From Macrostomum lignano (Eukaryota), in NCBI GenBank assembly GCA_002269645.1, contig NIVC01000217.1, positions 1-64,000 on the forward strand: a stretch of DNA of 64,000 bases, in the 5' to 3' direction. This document shows positions 50,745 through 62,792 of this stretch, piece by piece. The notes under the pieces are model-generated. The model had not been told where the DNA came from. It saw only the letters and a program-made list of their open reading frames with translations, and did not search any database. Position 1 is the stretch's first letter. Each line of letters begins with the position of its first letter. A program made the translations under genes and the position numbers.

Positions 50745-51138
50745 TGGCTGTTCTGATAGAACTCAACTCTACCTTTTTGTTTTAATAAACCGACTTTGTA
50801 AATCATTTGTGTTTTTTAAACCTGCGATTCTTTGTTCTTAAATTAGTGTGTACCTATAAACCCGTATCTAAGGACAACATCTGGTTGCTAATGTCAACTA
50901 ACAGTCATGATTACTCATGTCTAATCACGATTTTTGTCTGCTTGGTTTTTATTACGAGCTAATTTAACAGTCAAATTAAAAACAATTTTTAGCAGGTTTG
51001 TTTGTTGTTGTTGCAATTGCGGCATTCAACACAACAGATACTGGTTGTGACGTACGCGATCCCGTTTGGCTCTGCTGCTTGTACATATGAACTGGGGATT
51101 GATTGGTTCCCGTGTTTTATCCCTGCAGCCTTTACTCA

Positions 51139-51195
<57 letters not shown>

Positions 51196-51272
51196 TAGTG
51201 TCTGACTGTCTGTCTGTCTGTCTGTCTCTGTCTGTCTGTCTTAGTGTCTGACTGTCTGTCTGTCTGTCTGTC

Positions 51273-51339
<67 letters not shown>

Positions 51340-51420
51340 TAGTGTCTGACTGTCTGTCTGTCTGTCTGTCTCTGTCTGTCTGTCTTAGTGTCTGACTGTC
51401 TGTCTGTCTGTCTGTCTGTC

Positions 51421-51491
<71 letters not shown>

Positions 51492-51548
51492 TAGTGTCTG
51501 ACTGTCTGTCTGTCTGTCTGTCTCTGTCTGTCTGTCTTAGTGTCTGAC

Positions 51549-51601
<53 letters not shown>

Positions 51602-51646
51602 GCCTCTGTCTGTCTGTCTTAGTGTCTGTCTGTCTTAGTGTCTGAC

Positions 51647-51697
<51 letters not shown>

Positions 51698-51698
51698 G

Positions 51699-51733
<35 letters not shown>

Positions 51734-51872
51734 GTGTCTGTCTGTCTGTGTGTCTGTCTGTCTGTCTGTGTGTGTGTCTGTCTGTCTGTCTGCCTCTGTC
51801 TGTCTGTCTGTCTGTCTCTGTCTGTCTGTCTGTCTGTCTGTCTGCCTGCCTGTCTCTGTCTGTCTGTCTGGC

Positions 51873-51925
<53 letters not shown>

Positions 51926-52030
51926 GCCTGTGTGTGTCTGTCTGTCTTTCAGTGTGTGTTACTGTCTGTGTATTTCTGCCTATCTCTGCCTGTCTGTCTG
52001 TCTGTCCTATCTGTCTCTCTATCTGTCCTT
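51139..52030 (+). repeat. (TCTG)n microsatellite with TTAGTGTCTGAC interruptions
   Basis: Direct reading. Confidence 0.97.
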
Positions 52031-52519
52031 TCCTAATCTCTCTTCTTATCATTTCGACGCGTTTGAACAACAATGGCAGTTTGCATACATAAAATTAATA
52101 CTATAAAATGTGTTAGTTACTACTTCTTCTGGTAGGTTTCGCACTCATCGCAACTTTTAGCCTGTCTGTCTTATAAAAAGTCGTTTAAAACAAGCATACA
52201 GTATTTATTTATTGTTTATCTATTATAACTGATCCACAAGCTTAATATACTACTCACATAACGGTAATGCTCGTGTTAGTAGTGTGCGTAGAAATTTTCG
52301 CGTAGAATAATGTTCTACAAGTGACAACAAGGTTAAATGTCGTCTCCTAACAGAAAATATTGAATTTAAAAAATATATATAGCATCAGTCTGCATTTTCT
52401 TCTGTATAAGTACAAATTGTAAGTTGGGTTACTTTATAAATGTTTCAATTTTAACTGACTGCATTACAGATTAAATTGTCTTGATGCCAACTTTTGTCTT
52501 TGGTTTTTTTGAAGCTTCC

Positions 52520-53030
52520 CCTGATTCAGGTGTCCCTGGCCTGGTTTAGGTGTCTCTGTTCTGCTGTAGATGTCTTTGTACTGATTTAAATGCCCCTGTC
52601 CTGATTTAGGTGTCCCTGTCTTAATTTAGGTGCCCCTGTCCTGATTTAGGTGTCTCTTTATTAATTTAGGTGCCCCTGTCCTGATTTAGGTGTCCCTGTC
52701 CTAATTTAGGTGCCCCTGTCCTGATTTAGGTGTCCCTGTCTTAATTTAGGTGCCCCTGTCCTGATTTAGGTGTCTCTTTATTAATTTAGGTGCCCCTGTC
52801 CTGATTTAGGTGTCCCTGTCTTAATTTAGGTGCCCCTGTCCTGATTTAGGTGTCTCTTTATTAATTTAGGTGCCCCTGTCCTGATTTAGGTGTCCCTGTC
52901 TTAATTTATGTGCCCCTGTCCTGATTTAGGTGTCCCTGTCCTGATTTAGGTGTCTCTTTATTAATTCAGGTGTCCTGGTCCTGGTTTAGGAGTCCCTGTC
53001 TTAATCCATTTGTCCATATCCTAATTAGAC
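52520..53030 (+). repeat. 20-bp minisatellite (CTGATTTAGGTGTCCCTGTC / TTAATTTAGGTGCCCCTGTC), alternating variants
   Basis: About 25 units; degenerate units resume after 53358. Confidence 0.93.
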
Positions 53031-53046
53031 GTCCCTGTGCCGATTT

Positions 53047-53350
53047 GTTGTTGTTAAACGGGGGTGGGAAGCCGGGAGCTACCCGCGGATCAGCCCTGGG
53101 AGGGGCTCTGCCGCTGAGGGGCACTACCAGGGGCATATAGCCCGAGATACCCCGAGATTGGACCCTGACGTCTGGGCCAGGGGAATCTGCCAACCCAAAC
53201 CTATGGACTAGGACACCGCCAACCGAAAAAGTGGAATCAGGGACGGTGCTAAGACCGAGTCCACCCAAGCCACCACCCAGCAGACAAGTACCGGGAGTGC
53301 GCGAAAAAAGAATTTGAAGAAAACTTGGAATACGTGGTACTACTGAAAGC
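53047..53350 (-). mobile_element. 304-bp retroposon (SINE or 5'-truncated LINE 3' end) with AAC tail
   Basis: TSD GCCGATTT at 53039-53046 and 53351-53358; minus-strand 3' end ...CCCCGTTTAACAACAAC; inserted into the decayed edge of the 20-bp repeat. Confidence 0.7.
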
Positions 53351-53951
53351 GCCGATTTAATCGTCCCCGTCTTTATTTAGATGTCCCTGTCTTGATTTAA
53401 GTGTCCTTGTCTTAATGAGATGTTCCTATTTTACTTTACTGGTCACAGTCATTGTTTTGAACGAGTTGTCCCTGCCCTGGTAATATGTATAAATTTGGGT
53501 GTTCTTGAACGAAACTAAATATTTAACTGTCATGAGATTTCGCACCAACAATCGGCAGTAGACGTTGAACTTATTAAGATCTGTGTGCGAGATTGTATTG
53601 TAGCTGGTGTTGGATGACTGGGCGACGTTCACTTGCTGCAGAGCGATTAGCCTGTGTTTAACAAGTAGCTCGCACAGGCCAGTGTGATCACATGACTTGA
53701 TTATCGCTAGTGACAGGCAAGTCGCGACCTCTGTCTCTCTTTCCATTTAGTACTGCCCTGTGTGTACTCGTAAATATCAGCGCGAGTGTGCACCAACCGT
53801 ATCGACCTTTATTCGAACTTGTAAGAATTTGGAACTGGCAACTGCATAAAATTTTGTTGCTGCTCTATACTGTAAGCTGACTTGATTTCTCAGTCTCGGT
53901 AGAGCAGCAGTTTCGACTTTAGAAGACACAAGGCTGCTAAAGGCAACATCA

Positions 53952-54656
53952 ATGCTTGTTAGAGCAATTTCCCAGCGTCTGTTGCTGCTGCTTGGCCTAG
54001 CCATCAGTTTGACCACGGGCCAACTGTCACCTCAGCCGGAGCAGGTGCACCTGTCTGTCACCAATGACCCCACCCAGATGGTGGTCACCTGGGTGACCCA
54101 GTCTCCCACTAACAGTACCTCCGTAGACTACGGCACCAACAGATTCGACAGATCCGCCTCTGGTGTCCAAGAGAAATTTGTCGACGGTGGTTCGGCGAAG
54201 CGGGTGATCTATATCCACCGAGCCGTGATGTCCGGTCTGAGGCCTGGACAGCGGTACGTCTACCGGGTGGGCAGCGAGCTGGGCTGGTCGGACGTGTTCC
54301 TGTTCACGGCTACAAAGTCTGGCTCCGACTGGCCAGCCAGATTCGCCGTCTACGGCGACATGGGCAACACGAACGGCAAGTCGATTCCCTTCCTGCAGAA
54401 GGAGGCGCAATCCGGCGACTTCGACATGGTGCTACACGTTGGCGATTTCGCCTACAACATGGACACCAACAATGCCCTGGTTGGTGATGAGTTCATGCGT
54501 CAGGTGGAGCCCATTGCGGCGTACGTGCCGTACATGACCTGTCCGGGCAATCACGAGAGTGCCTACAATTTCAGCAACTATCGGCGAAGATTCTCCATGC
54601 CTGGCGGCGATGGGGAAGGCAGCTTTTTTAGCTTCGACTATGGACCCGTGCATGTG
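53952..54656 (+). CDS. ACP7: Purple acid phosphatase (ACP7/PAPL-like), exon 1: signal peptide, FN3-like domain and start of the metallophosphoesterase domain
   Basis: Signal peptide MLVRAISQRLLLLLGLAISLTTG; PEQVHLS; motifs GDMG, GDFAY and PGNHE; donor GTG|GTGAGT (phase 0). Confidence 0.95.
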
Positions 54657-55214
54657 GTGAGTGCATGTGCGTGACCTCTGACCTTTGACCTTTGACCTTT
54701 GACGATAGTCGGTTTAAAGCTTAGCTTGCTTGATTATGGTATGGATTTAAGATTATAATCGTCGACTTCACCTTGTTGGTTGATTCATGAGGTTCATGTC
54801 TTAAGCCGGCAAAAGGCCATCCTCGATCAGGTGTCAGGTGTTAAAGTACAATATTTTAATCAGGGGCTTGAATTCTAGCTATTTCTAGGTGCTTGATGAA
54901 ATACTCTTATGGTACGGTTCTTCATGTGTGTGACACTCTAGCGCCTGTAACACTATGACGAGTATTATCTTAATCAGATTCATCTTTCAGACCAATAAAT
55001 AGTGTCACCTTGCTTGTTCGATATGCTGGCGTACAATATCTCACGTCCCCTGTTTAGAAAGAGAATGTGTTGCGTGTTATACAAGGTGATAACTGTTAGA
55101 TAGATGCTAACGAGCCACTAAATCACACCACCAATGTACAAACGAATCAAATTGGATGTACAAATGGTGTGATCACACGAATTTGGTCTCATTTGATGGC
55201 AGTGTGAACGAGCC

Positions 55215-55438
55215 TTTTACTGCTCATTCCGCCGACTCCCCTGAGCAGGCACACAAGCTCGCGTGGATACGTACGCAGTCATACACACAGGCACACACTC
55301 ACACAGTAGTGTACAGCAGCCCTAACTTTATTTATCGTTAGGCATGTACACTTCACTGTGCCTTGGGGGAATTGGGCCCTCAAGGACGATATTTGCACGA
55401 GCATAGTAAAGCCGAGAGATTTTAATTTAGCCACAAAT
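55215..55438 (-). mobile_element. Partial copy of the tRNA-derived SINE in the ACP7 intron
   Basis: Reverse complement matches the body of 59532-59893 (e.g. CATTCCGCCGACTCCCCTGAGCA, AGGCATGTACACTTCACTG). Confidence 0.85.
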
Positions 55439-55505
55439 TATTGTGACTGAATTGAGCTTGGGCCGCTGGCAACACATAATCGTAACACAAAACTTATCTC
55501 CGCAG

Positions 55506-56156
55506 ATCTCATTCAGCTCGGAGTTCTACTACTACTTGGACTACGGCTGGAAGCAGGCAGTCTACCAGTTCCAGTGGCTGGAAGAGGATCTGCAGCGGGC
55601 CAATCAGAATCGAGCCAACCGGCCGTGGATCATCGCCATGGCCCACCGGCCGATGTACTGCTCAAACAGCGACGATCCCCAGCACTGCACGAATGCGGAC
55701 AACCTGATTCGAACCGGATTTCCAGTGGGCAGCAAGCAGCGGAGTCGTATTTTCGGCAGCGACTACATCCTGGGAGTGGAGCAGCTGTTCTACAGGTACG
55801 GCGTCGATCTGATTTTCGGCGCGCACGAGCACTCCTACGAGCGAATGTGGCCTGTCTACAATCAGAAGGTGTGCAACTCAACCACCAGCTCGGATAATCC
55901 CTACGATAATCCGCCGGCGCCAGTTCACGTGATCACCGGCTCGGCTGGTTGCGTGGAGGGCGAGGATCCGTTCATCCCGGCCGGCCTGCCCTGGTCCGCC
56001 TTCCGCAGCGACGACTACGGCTACACGCGGATGACGGTGGCGAATGCCACTCACCTGATGCTGGAGCAGGTGTCCGTTGACAAAGGCGGCCAGGTGATTG
56101 ACAGCATTGTCTACGTGAGGAATAAGCACGGATCCAGTGCTTTCAACTGTGTTTAG
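55506..56156 (+). CDS. ACP7: Purple acid phosphatase, exon 2 (joined CDS is 451 aa)
   Basis: CCGCAG| acceptor; ISFSSEFYY, PWIIAMAHRPMYCS, GVDLIFGAHEHSYER, PVHVITGSAG; all seven metal ligands are present across the two exons. Confidence 0.95.
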   Translation: MSFSSEFYYYLDYGWKQAVYQFQWLEEDLQRANQNRANRPWIIAMAHRPMYCSNSDDPQHCTNADNLIRTGFPVGSKQRSRIFGSDYILGVEQLFYRYGVDLIFGAHEHSYERMWPVYNQKVCNSTTSSDNPYDNPPAPVHVITGSAGCVEGEDPFIPAGLPWSAFRSDDYGYTRMTVANATHLMLEQVSVDKGGQVIDSIVYVRNKHGSSAFNCV

Positions 56157-56675
56157 CTAGGCTGTCTGGGGTGGCTTGCCGCGGTGACTTTCTGAGATTC
56201 TACGATAACCCATAAAGATTATTGACTATATTGATTACCTATCGATTTGTGCGAACTATTTTCATGCTTCTAGTGAATGGATTCGAGTAAAAAAGCAATG
56301 ATTAAAGCACTTTTTTGAGTCCTAAAAATCTTTGAAAGCAATACAATTTACGTGCTATACAAACAACTGCCAATAAAAACTGGTTAGTCTAGCAGGTCGA
56401 ACTGTCCCTTCAACCTAAAAGGCTCGCAGCACTGCTGGCATCAGCTGGCCGGCAACTGCATGGTCTGCACTCGCATTATTGATATAAAGGAAAATCGATC
56501 TGCTGCATTTCTGTAACTGCGACTGGTGCTGCCGCTCATGATGCCCTAGACAGGGTGCTCAAGCCGCTCTATGCTGGCCGTTTCGCTTGGGGGGCCGCGG
56601 ATTTCAGCATGTCAACAGTCGATGTCGCCATCAGTGCAGCGCAGTCACCAGGAGAGCACGGAGCAGAATCGCAGG

Positions 56676-57291
56676 GTAGACGCAATGAGTCGCAGGGCAC
56701 GCAGAGGAGAGTAGACGCAATGAGTCGCAGGGCACGCAGAGGAGAGTAGACGCAATGAGTCGCAGAGCACGCAGAGGGTAGTAGACGCAATGAGTCGCAG
56801 AGCACGCAGAGGGTAGTAGACGCAATGAGTCGCAGGGCACGCAGAGGAGAGTAGACGCAATGAGTCGCAGAGCACGCAGAGGGTAGTAGACGCAATGAGT
56901 CGCAGGGCACGCAGAGGAGAGTAGACGCAATGAGTCGCAGAGCACGCAGAGGGTAGTAGACGCAATGAGTCGCAGAGCACGCAGAGGGTAGTAGACGCAA
57001 TGAGTCGCAGAGCACGCAGAGGGTAGTAGACGCAATGAGTCGCAGAGCACGCAGAGGGTAGTAGACGCAATGAGTCGCAGAGCACGCAGAGGAGAGTAGA
57101 CGCAATGAGTCGCAGGGCACGCAGAGGAGAGTAGACGCAATGAGTCGCAGGGCACGCAGAGAAGAGTAGACGCAATGAGTCGCAGGGCACGCAGAGGAGA
57201 GTAGACGCAATGAGTCGCAGGGCACGCAGAGGAGAGTAGACGCAATGAGTCGCAGGGCACGCAGAGGGTTGTAGACGCAATGAGTCGCAGA
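56676..57291 (+). repeat. 35-bp minisatellite (AGTAGACGCAATGAGTCGCAGGGCACGCAGAGGAG)
   Basis: About 17 units in two variants. Confidence 0.97.
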
Positions 57292-57419
57292 GCAGGTTCA
57301 CAGAGTGAAATGGCCGGGCGCGTTTCCGCAAGTCGAGAGGCGGGGCGAAAAGTTATAGAATAAAACAACCTCTGCAGGGCTCTCTGCAAATAATGTAAAT
57401 ATCCGAATGACAGGCGGAG

Positions 57420-57535
57420 CGGGGTGGGGCAGACAGCGACCACACGGCTTAGAGAGGCAAGCCGTCCCCCCAACCAGCGCGAGGGAGGGATAGGCCCAGC
57501 CAATCAGATTGCTCCACGGCCCAGATAAAAGGTAC
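57420..57535 (+). promoter_or_regulatory. Possible Pol II promoter (GC/GT boxes, CCAAT box, TATA-like GATAAAAG)
   Basis: GGGGTGGGGC at ~57421, AGCCAATCA with CCAAT at 57500, GATAAAAG at 57524; an ATG follows at 57575. Confidence 0.3.
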
Positions 57536-58124
57536 ATGTCTACCCCGGCCAAGGCCAGACTTACTCAAACAAAGATGGCAAAATTAGAGACCTACGCAGT
57601 GGGCTGGGCCTACTGTTTATTCACCGGCTTAGCACTCGCGTAGAGAGACTTATAACCAAGGATCACTGTACACATGGTCCTTGAAATATAAACAACGAGG
57701 GAGAGGACTTTAAATGCTCACCACAATCCTGCAGGCGCTCCTTTGATGAGGCAAAATTACTCATGGAGATCGACTCTTAAAAAGTTCAAGCAATTCGAGT
57801 GAATTGAGTTGATTTTTACTTTGCTTGATGCCCTTTAGTTTTTTCTTGCAAATCGTTTTGACTAGTTTAATGCTGTGAATCACACGAGTTAAGAGTAACC
57901 TCGTGGTTCTAAATTCGAAAGGCCAAGTATAATTAAGTTCAGCACGAAGGAGGTGGAGGAGCGGATTGCAAACTTCCTCTAGGATGCCCTCCTGCTGTAC
58001 AATCTGGCCTGCACACTCCCCATGAAAGAGCTAGCTCCAGTGGTCCTTCCACCAGCGAGGGCTGCGATGCGTGGCTTCAGCTGTTTGTCCGTGAGCTTTA
58101 GCTGAAACTCCACCGATAGTTGAG

Positions 58125-58173
58125 CAAGGACAACTTAAGTAGAAGTTTAACGAAGTGACTTCAGTGGTCCTTT
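58125..58173. mobile_element. Second, diverged copy of the CAAGGACC micro-MITE (49 bp) with its own 8-bp TSD
   Basis: CAAGGACAACT...AGAAGTT...GTGACTTCAGTGGTCCTTT flanked by TAGTTGAG on both sides (58117-58124 and 58174-58181). Confidence 0.7.
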
Positions 58174-58184
58174 TAGTTGAGCAT

Positions 58185-58491
58185 TAAATTTTATTGAATT
58201 ATTTAGTGCATCGATGGAAAATTTCATTTACATGTAAGATCTCTTAGTCGATTCTATACCGTGAACATTTCATCTTTAATTAATAGCAGTTAAATTTTAT
58301 CGGATTATTTAGTGCATCTATGGAAAATGTTATCTACGCTTGTAAGATCTCTTAGTCGATTCTATACTGTGAACATTTCATCTTTAATTAATAGCAGTTA
58401 AATTTTATCGGATTATTTATTGCATCTATGGAAAATGTTATCTACGCTTGTAAAATCTCTTAGTCGATTCTATACTGTGAACATTTCATCT
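58185..58491 (+). repeat. 108-bp tandem repeat, about 2.8 copies
   Basis: ATCTCTTAGTCGATTCTATAC recurs at 58239, 58347 and 58455. Confidence 0.9.
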
Positions 58492-59531
58492 TGAATAACA
58501 TTTTGGCTTGCCTTTATCATCACTATTTTTAATCGTTTTGCAAGCTCAACTTAAAAAAATAGTTTTCAGCCACAGAAAACAGTTGACAATTATCAACCTC
58601 GCAAATTTAATCCGGAGTCATTGAAGTAAATCAAAGTTGCTTTCAGCTAGTCTAATATACCTTTTGAGTTTATATTTTGCGCATAGGTAACATTTATTTT
58701 AAAAAAACAATAGGTTTTAATGCTCTAGTTGCAAAAGTAAATAATTTTTTTAAACCTTTTCAAAGAAATAGATCCTCAAGTCCCCACATTTTCAGCTCTT
58801 TCGTTATTAGCTTAGCAACAATTTGTGACAGCTGTTCGATATCTGAGCTCTAACGCACGCAAATCAAGGTTTCTGTACTAATTAGTATGGCTGGAAACAA
58901 CGGTGAGTAATATTCTGGCCTTCTTAGGCCCTATATAACTATACTTTAGTCCCTTTGGTCTAATCTAAATTGATTATCATAATGCTAATATGGTCTTCCT
59001 GTGATTTGAGTAAAAATCTAATATTAATATAGGCATACCACTGCAGCAAATCTAAACCCATTTATTTATCAAGGGGATCCAAATTTTAAAACACTTTTTC
59101 CTAAAAATCAATCTCTTTACATTTCTATATCTTATTATAGTCATAAAGTATTTTATTGACAACAAAATTAGAAAGTTTCACTTAAATAACAGCTATATTG
59201 TTAATATTGGCAGCTATATTGGCAACAGATTTTTTTTTACTACATTTTTGACTACTTTGACAGATATTTCAATGGATAAAAAGATTTTAAACCCCAGGCA
59301 GGGTCCGGATTGTATAGTAGTAAACTCCAGAACAAGAATCCTAACTCAGCTAAATGTGTGCCAGTGTACACCAAAAACAAAAAAATTCCTAAAATGTATG
59401 CCGAAAAATTCTTCCTGAAAAGGTCATTTGGTTTTCATGAGTAGAGTTTCCTAAAAAGTCTTTTATATAGAATGTCTTAAAATATTATAAAATTTTCACT
59501 TAAAACAAACTTAAAATAAATTAAACCTAAA

Positions 59532-59893
59532 GGGGGGCCGTAGCCCAGCGGTAGCGCAGCTGCTCTGGTGTGCCGCGACCCAGGCTCAATTCCAAGTGCA
59601 GCCACATTAATTTGGGGCTGGATTGGAATCTTGGCTTGGCTCGCTTGTGCAATTAATGGCCTTGAGAGCCAACCCCCCAAGGCGCAGTGAAGTGTACATG
59701 CCTAACAATTGATAAAAGTTAGGGCCGCTGTACACTCCTGTGTGAGTGTGTGCCTGCGTAACATATCCGCGCGCTTGTATGCTTGCTCAGGGGAGTCGGC
59801 GGAATGGGCAGTAATGCCTCTTGCCGGTTGTGTGCCAATGACGCTTAAATTGCGCCAGGGTGCACACAACCCCCCTGCCTCTAATAAAAAAAT
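59532..59893 (+). mobile_element. Full-length tRNA-derived SINE (~360 bp)
   Basis: Head GGGGGGCCGTAGCCCAGCGG with A box (TAGCCCAGCGG) and B box (GGCTCAATTCC); A-rich tail; 16-bp TSD AAATAAATTAAACCTA (59514-59529 and 59894-59909); three more copies in the window. Confidence 0.9.
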
Positions 59894-60003
59894 AAATAAA
59901 TTAAACCTACAGAAATTATAATGTAAAATTTATGTTCTCAGCAATTATTTACACTAACTTTAAAAAAGCAAAAATTTTATCACTAACTTTTTTGATTATA
60001 CTA

Positions 60004-60288
60004 TTATTTTTTTATTAGAGGCAGGGGGGTTGTATGCACCCTGGCGCACTTTAAGCGACAGAGGCACTCAACCAGCGAGAGGCATTGCTGCCCATTCCGC
60101 CGACTCCCCTGAGCAGGCATACAAGCGCGCGGATACATACGCAGGCACACACTCACACAGGAGTGTACAGCGGCCCTAACTTTATATTATCATTAGGCAT
60201 GTACACTTCACTGCGCCTTGGGGGGTTGGCTCTCAAGGCCATTAATTACACGAGCAGAGCCAAGCCGAGATTCCAATTTAGCCCCAAA
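60004..60288 (-). mobile_element. 5'-truncated copy of the same SINE, tail-to-tail with the previous copy
   Basis: Reverse complement of ~59607-59893 with scattered mismatches; lacks the tRNA head. Confidence 0.9.
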
Positions 60289-60539
60289 CTAGCCATTTAG
60301 CCCCCCTCCGGGTGGCTTCTTAGCAGTTTAGCACTTGTCTATAAGCAGTTTTGCACAGTCGCTGAGCAAATCTCACTAATCTCCGAGAAGTTCTGCAGTA
60401 GCAAATCTCTAAGCAGTTGTACACCAATTTTACTGAGACTAAAAAGTTCTAAAAAGTCACATTTCTGAATGTTTGAAACTTTGCAATGTCAATTCATTTA
60501 TAGTTCTTTTATGATTATTCGTTATATTCAAATCCTCAC

Positions 60540-61140
60540 CAGATTAGTGCTATTCTCCCATATTAGCCCTACACCCCCAGATTAGCCCCACTTCCCCCCG
60601 ATTAGCACTACTCCCCCCATATTAGCCGCACACCCCCAGATTAGCCCCACTTCCCCCAGATTAGCACTCAGCCTAGATTAGCACTCAGCCCAGATTAGCA
60701 CTCAGCCTAGATTAGCACTCAGCCCAGATTAGCACTCAGCCCAGATTAGCACTCAGCCCAGATTAGCACTCAGCCCAGATTAGCACTCAGCCTAGATTAG
60801 CACTCAGCCCAAATTAGCACTCAGCCTAGATTAGCACTCAGCCCAGATTAGCACTCAGCCTAGATTAGCACTCAGCCCAGATTAGCACTCAGCCTAGATT
60901 AGCACTCAGCCTAGATTAGCAGTCAGCCCAGATTAGCACTCAGCCTAGATTAGCACTCAGCCCAGATTAGCACTCAGCCCAGATTAGCACTACTTCTCCA
61001 GATTTGCACTACTCCGCAAAAATTTGCACCGCTACTTCCTCCAGATTAGCCCCAATTCCCCAGATTAGCCCCCCCCCACTCCTTTATATTAGCCCCACTC
61101 CCTTAGATAGCATCGCTCCCCAGATTAGCACCACTCCCAA
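60540..61140 (+). repeat. 17-bp minisatellite (GATTAGCACTCAGCCCA) flanked by ~20-bp variants (GATTAGCCCCACTTCCCCCA)
   Basis: About 19 clean units at 60658-60990. Confidence 0.93.
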
Positions 61141-61667
61141 ACTGCTAAAAGGTGACTACTATTATCGCCTCAGAAGTTTAAAGTTAAACCCTCCCCAGAA
61201 ATTGGCAGTTATCCCCACAACAACTTGAAATTATCCCTTCTAATTCCGCAAAACAGACTGCAGTCATACAGCTCATTTGCACTCTACAACTTTTATTATT
61301 ATTATTCATTTATCCCTCAGGGACCCAGAATTGTCCCTTCTGCAAGCTACAATAATTCACAGTTAGATATCCGCCTCAGAAGTCTGCCATTATTATCCTA
61401 GTCTGTCATTATTATCCTAGCAGTCTGCAGCTATCCACTCGGCAGTTTGCAGCTTATACGCTCATAAGTCTCGAGAAACTAACCAACGTCAGCAGTTTGC
61501 AGTTTGTCCCCTTTGCAGTCTGCAATGATCCCTTCAACAATCTGCAGTTCCCCTCAGTAGTCTGCAGTCAATTCATTTGCAGTGAGCAAGTGTTTCCTTA
61601 ATAATTCTCATTTATCCCCTCAGCAGTCTGCAGTTCTCTCAGCTGGCCCCTCAGTATTTTCAGCAAA

Positions 61668-61930
61668 CTGCAATGATCTTTTCAATTATTTAAAAATTTG
61701 CTCAGCATTTACGACGGCGCACTAATCAATTTTCGATACATATTGGCAGTCTTGCGCAACTCAGCATTTAGCAATACCTCAGCAGTTTAGCAGCATCGTC
61801 TACTGCAATGATCATTTCAACAATGTAGAAATTAGCTCAGCATTTTATGGCTCACTAATCGATTTTCGATACATATCGGCAATCTCTTGCACTACTCAGC
61901 ATTTAGCAATACCTCAGCAGTTTAGCAGCA
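61668..61930 (+). repeat. ~134-bp tandem duplication, 2 copies
   Basis: CTGCAATGATC...ACTCAGCATTTAGCAATACCTCAGCAGTTTAGCAGCAT occurs twice. Confidence 0.8.
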
Positions 61931-62174
61931 TAATCTGCAGTTTAGTAATTTAATCCCCTGCAGTTTAGTAATGTCTACTTCTATAGACCTAGATAATAAC
62001 AATTAATGGGATCTTAGGATTTTACAAATCAAATCAAATTTGCTTAGTGGCTTGTGCGAGTAGCAAAAATAAATTATTGTAATTAATAAAAAAATTAATT
62101 ACAATTAATCAAAAAATGTTCAAAATAGTCGAGGCAGAAGCTACTAATGAATGAATTTATTTAATTTTAATTAT

Positions 62175-62257
62175 CCGCTGGGGAGGCGGACTCGAACCTT
62201 GGACCTTATTGCCTAGCCTAAGCCTAGTCCTAGTGCCTACACTGCGGCTATTCCGCC
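62175..62257 (-). mobile_element. tRNA-like SINE head or tRNA pseudogene (different family)
   Basis: Minus strand GGCGGAATAGCCGCAGTG...AAGGTTCGAGTCCGCC with A/B-box-like motifs, followed by an A/T-rich tail; stems do not pair as a real tRNA. Confidence 0.45.
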
Positions 62258-62792
62258 TACTGATCGGAGGGCACAAAAATCAGCCATATATGCTTCGGCA
62301 CTGCAGTCAAATACATAGCAGTGATAGGCTGCTCAGTGTGCACAGGTTGTATGCAGGCAGAGCCAATGCACAGTTGAGTGAAATCTATTAATAGCAATTG
62401 TCTATGCAGTCCGCCAGTCAGCCAGGGTCAGAATGTACACACGCAGCCACTGAGCATTATTTTCCTCTCCTTTATTGCAGCCAGTATTGACTCCCTTATT
62501 GAGTCTTCACGTACACAGTGAACAGAGAAAAGTTGTGGCGCAATCTTAATTGGAATTGAAATTCAGTTAGTGAGATTTTGACCTTTTCTAGCCTCCCATT
62601 GAAAGCATTAAAAAACTCGTTTTTCGAATATTTAACCAACTTCCCATTCGAATTTTTTAAATGCAATTACACCCACACAATCTCACAAGAATTTGCAATT
62701 GAATGAAGCAAGTTTGAAAAAAATTGGTTCAGGCATTCAGGCTGTGGACTGGAATACCGGTCAGACAGACCTTAGAGATTTAGTATATTGTG

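Noticed and set aside
56569-57503. 218-290-aa minus-strand ORFs
   Set aside because: Mostly the 35-bp repeat; the short unique ends show no recognisable domain.
57657-57683. Third copy of the CAAGGACC micro-element (CAAGGATCACT...TGGTCCTTG, 27 bp)
   Set aside because: The ends resemble the family, but the flanks (CTTATAAC / AAATATAA) are not a duplication; too short to support.
59532-59605. Functional tRNA gene
   Set aside because: It continues into a repeated SINE body with an A-rich tail and TSD, and the B box is degenerate.
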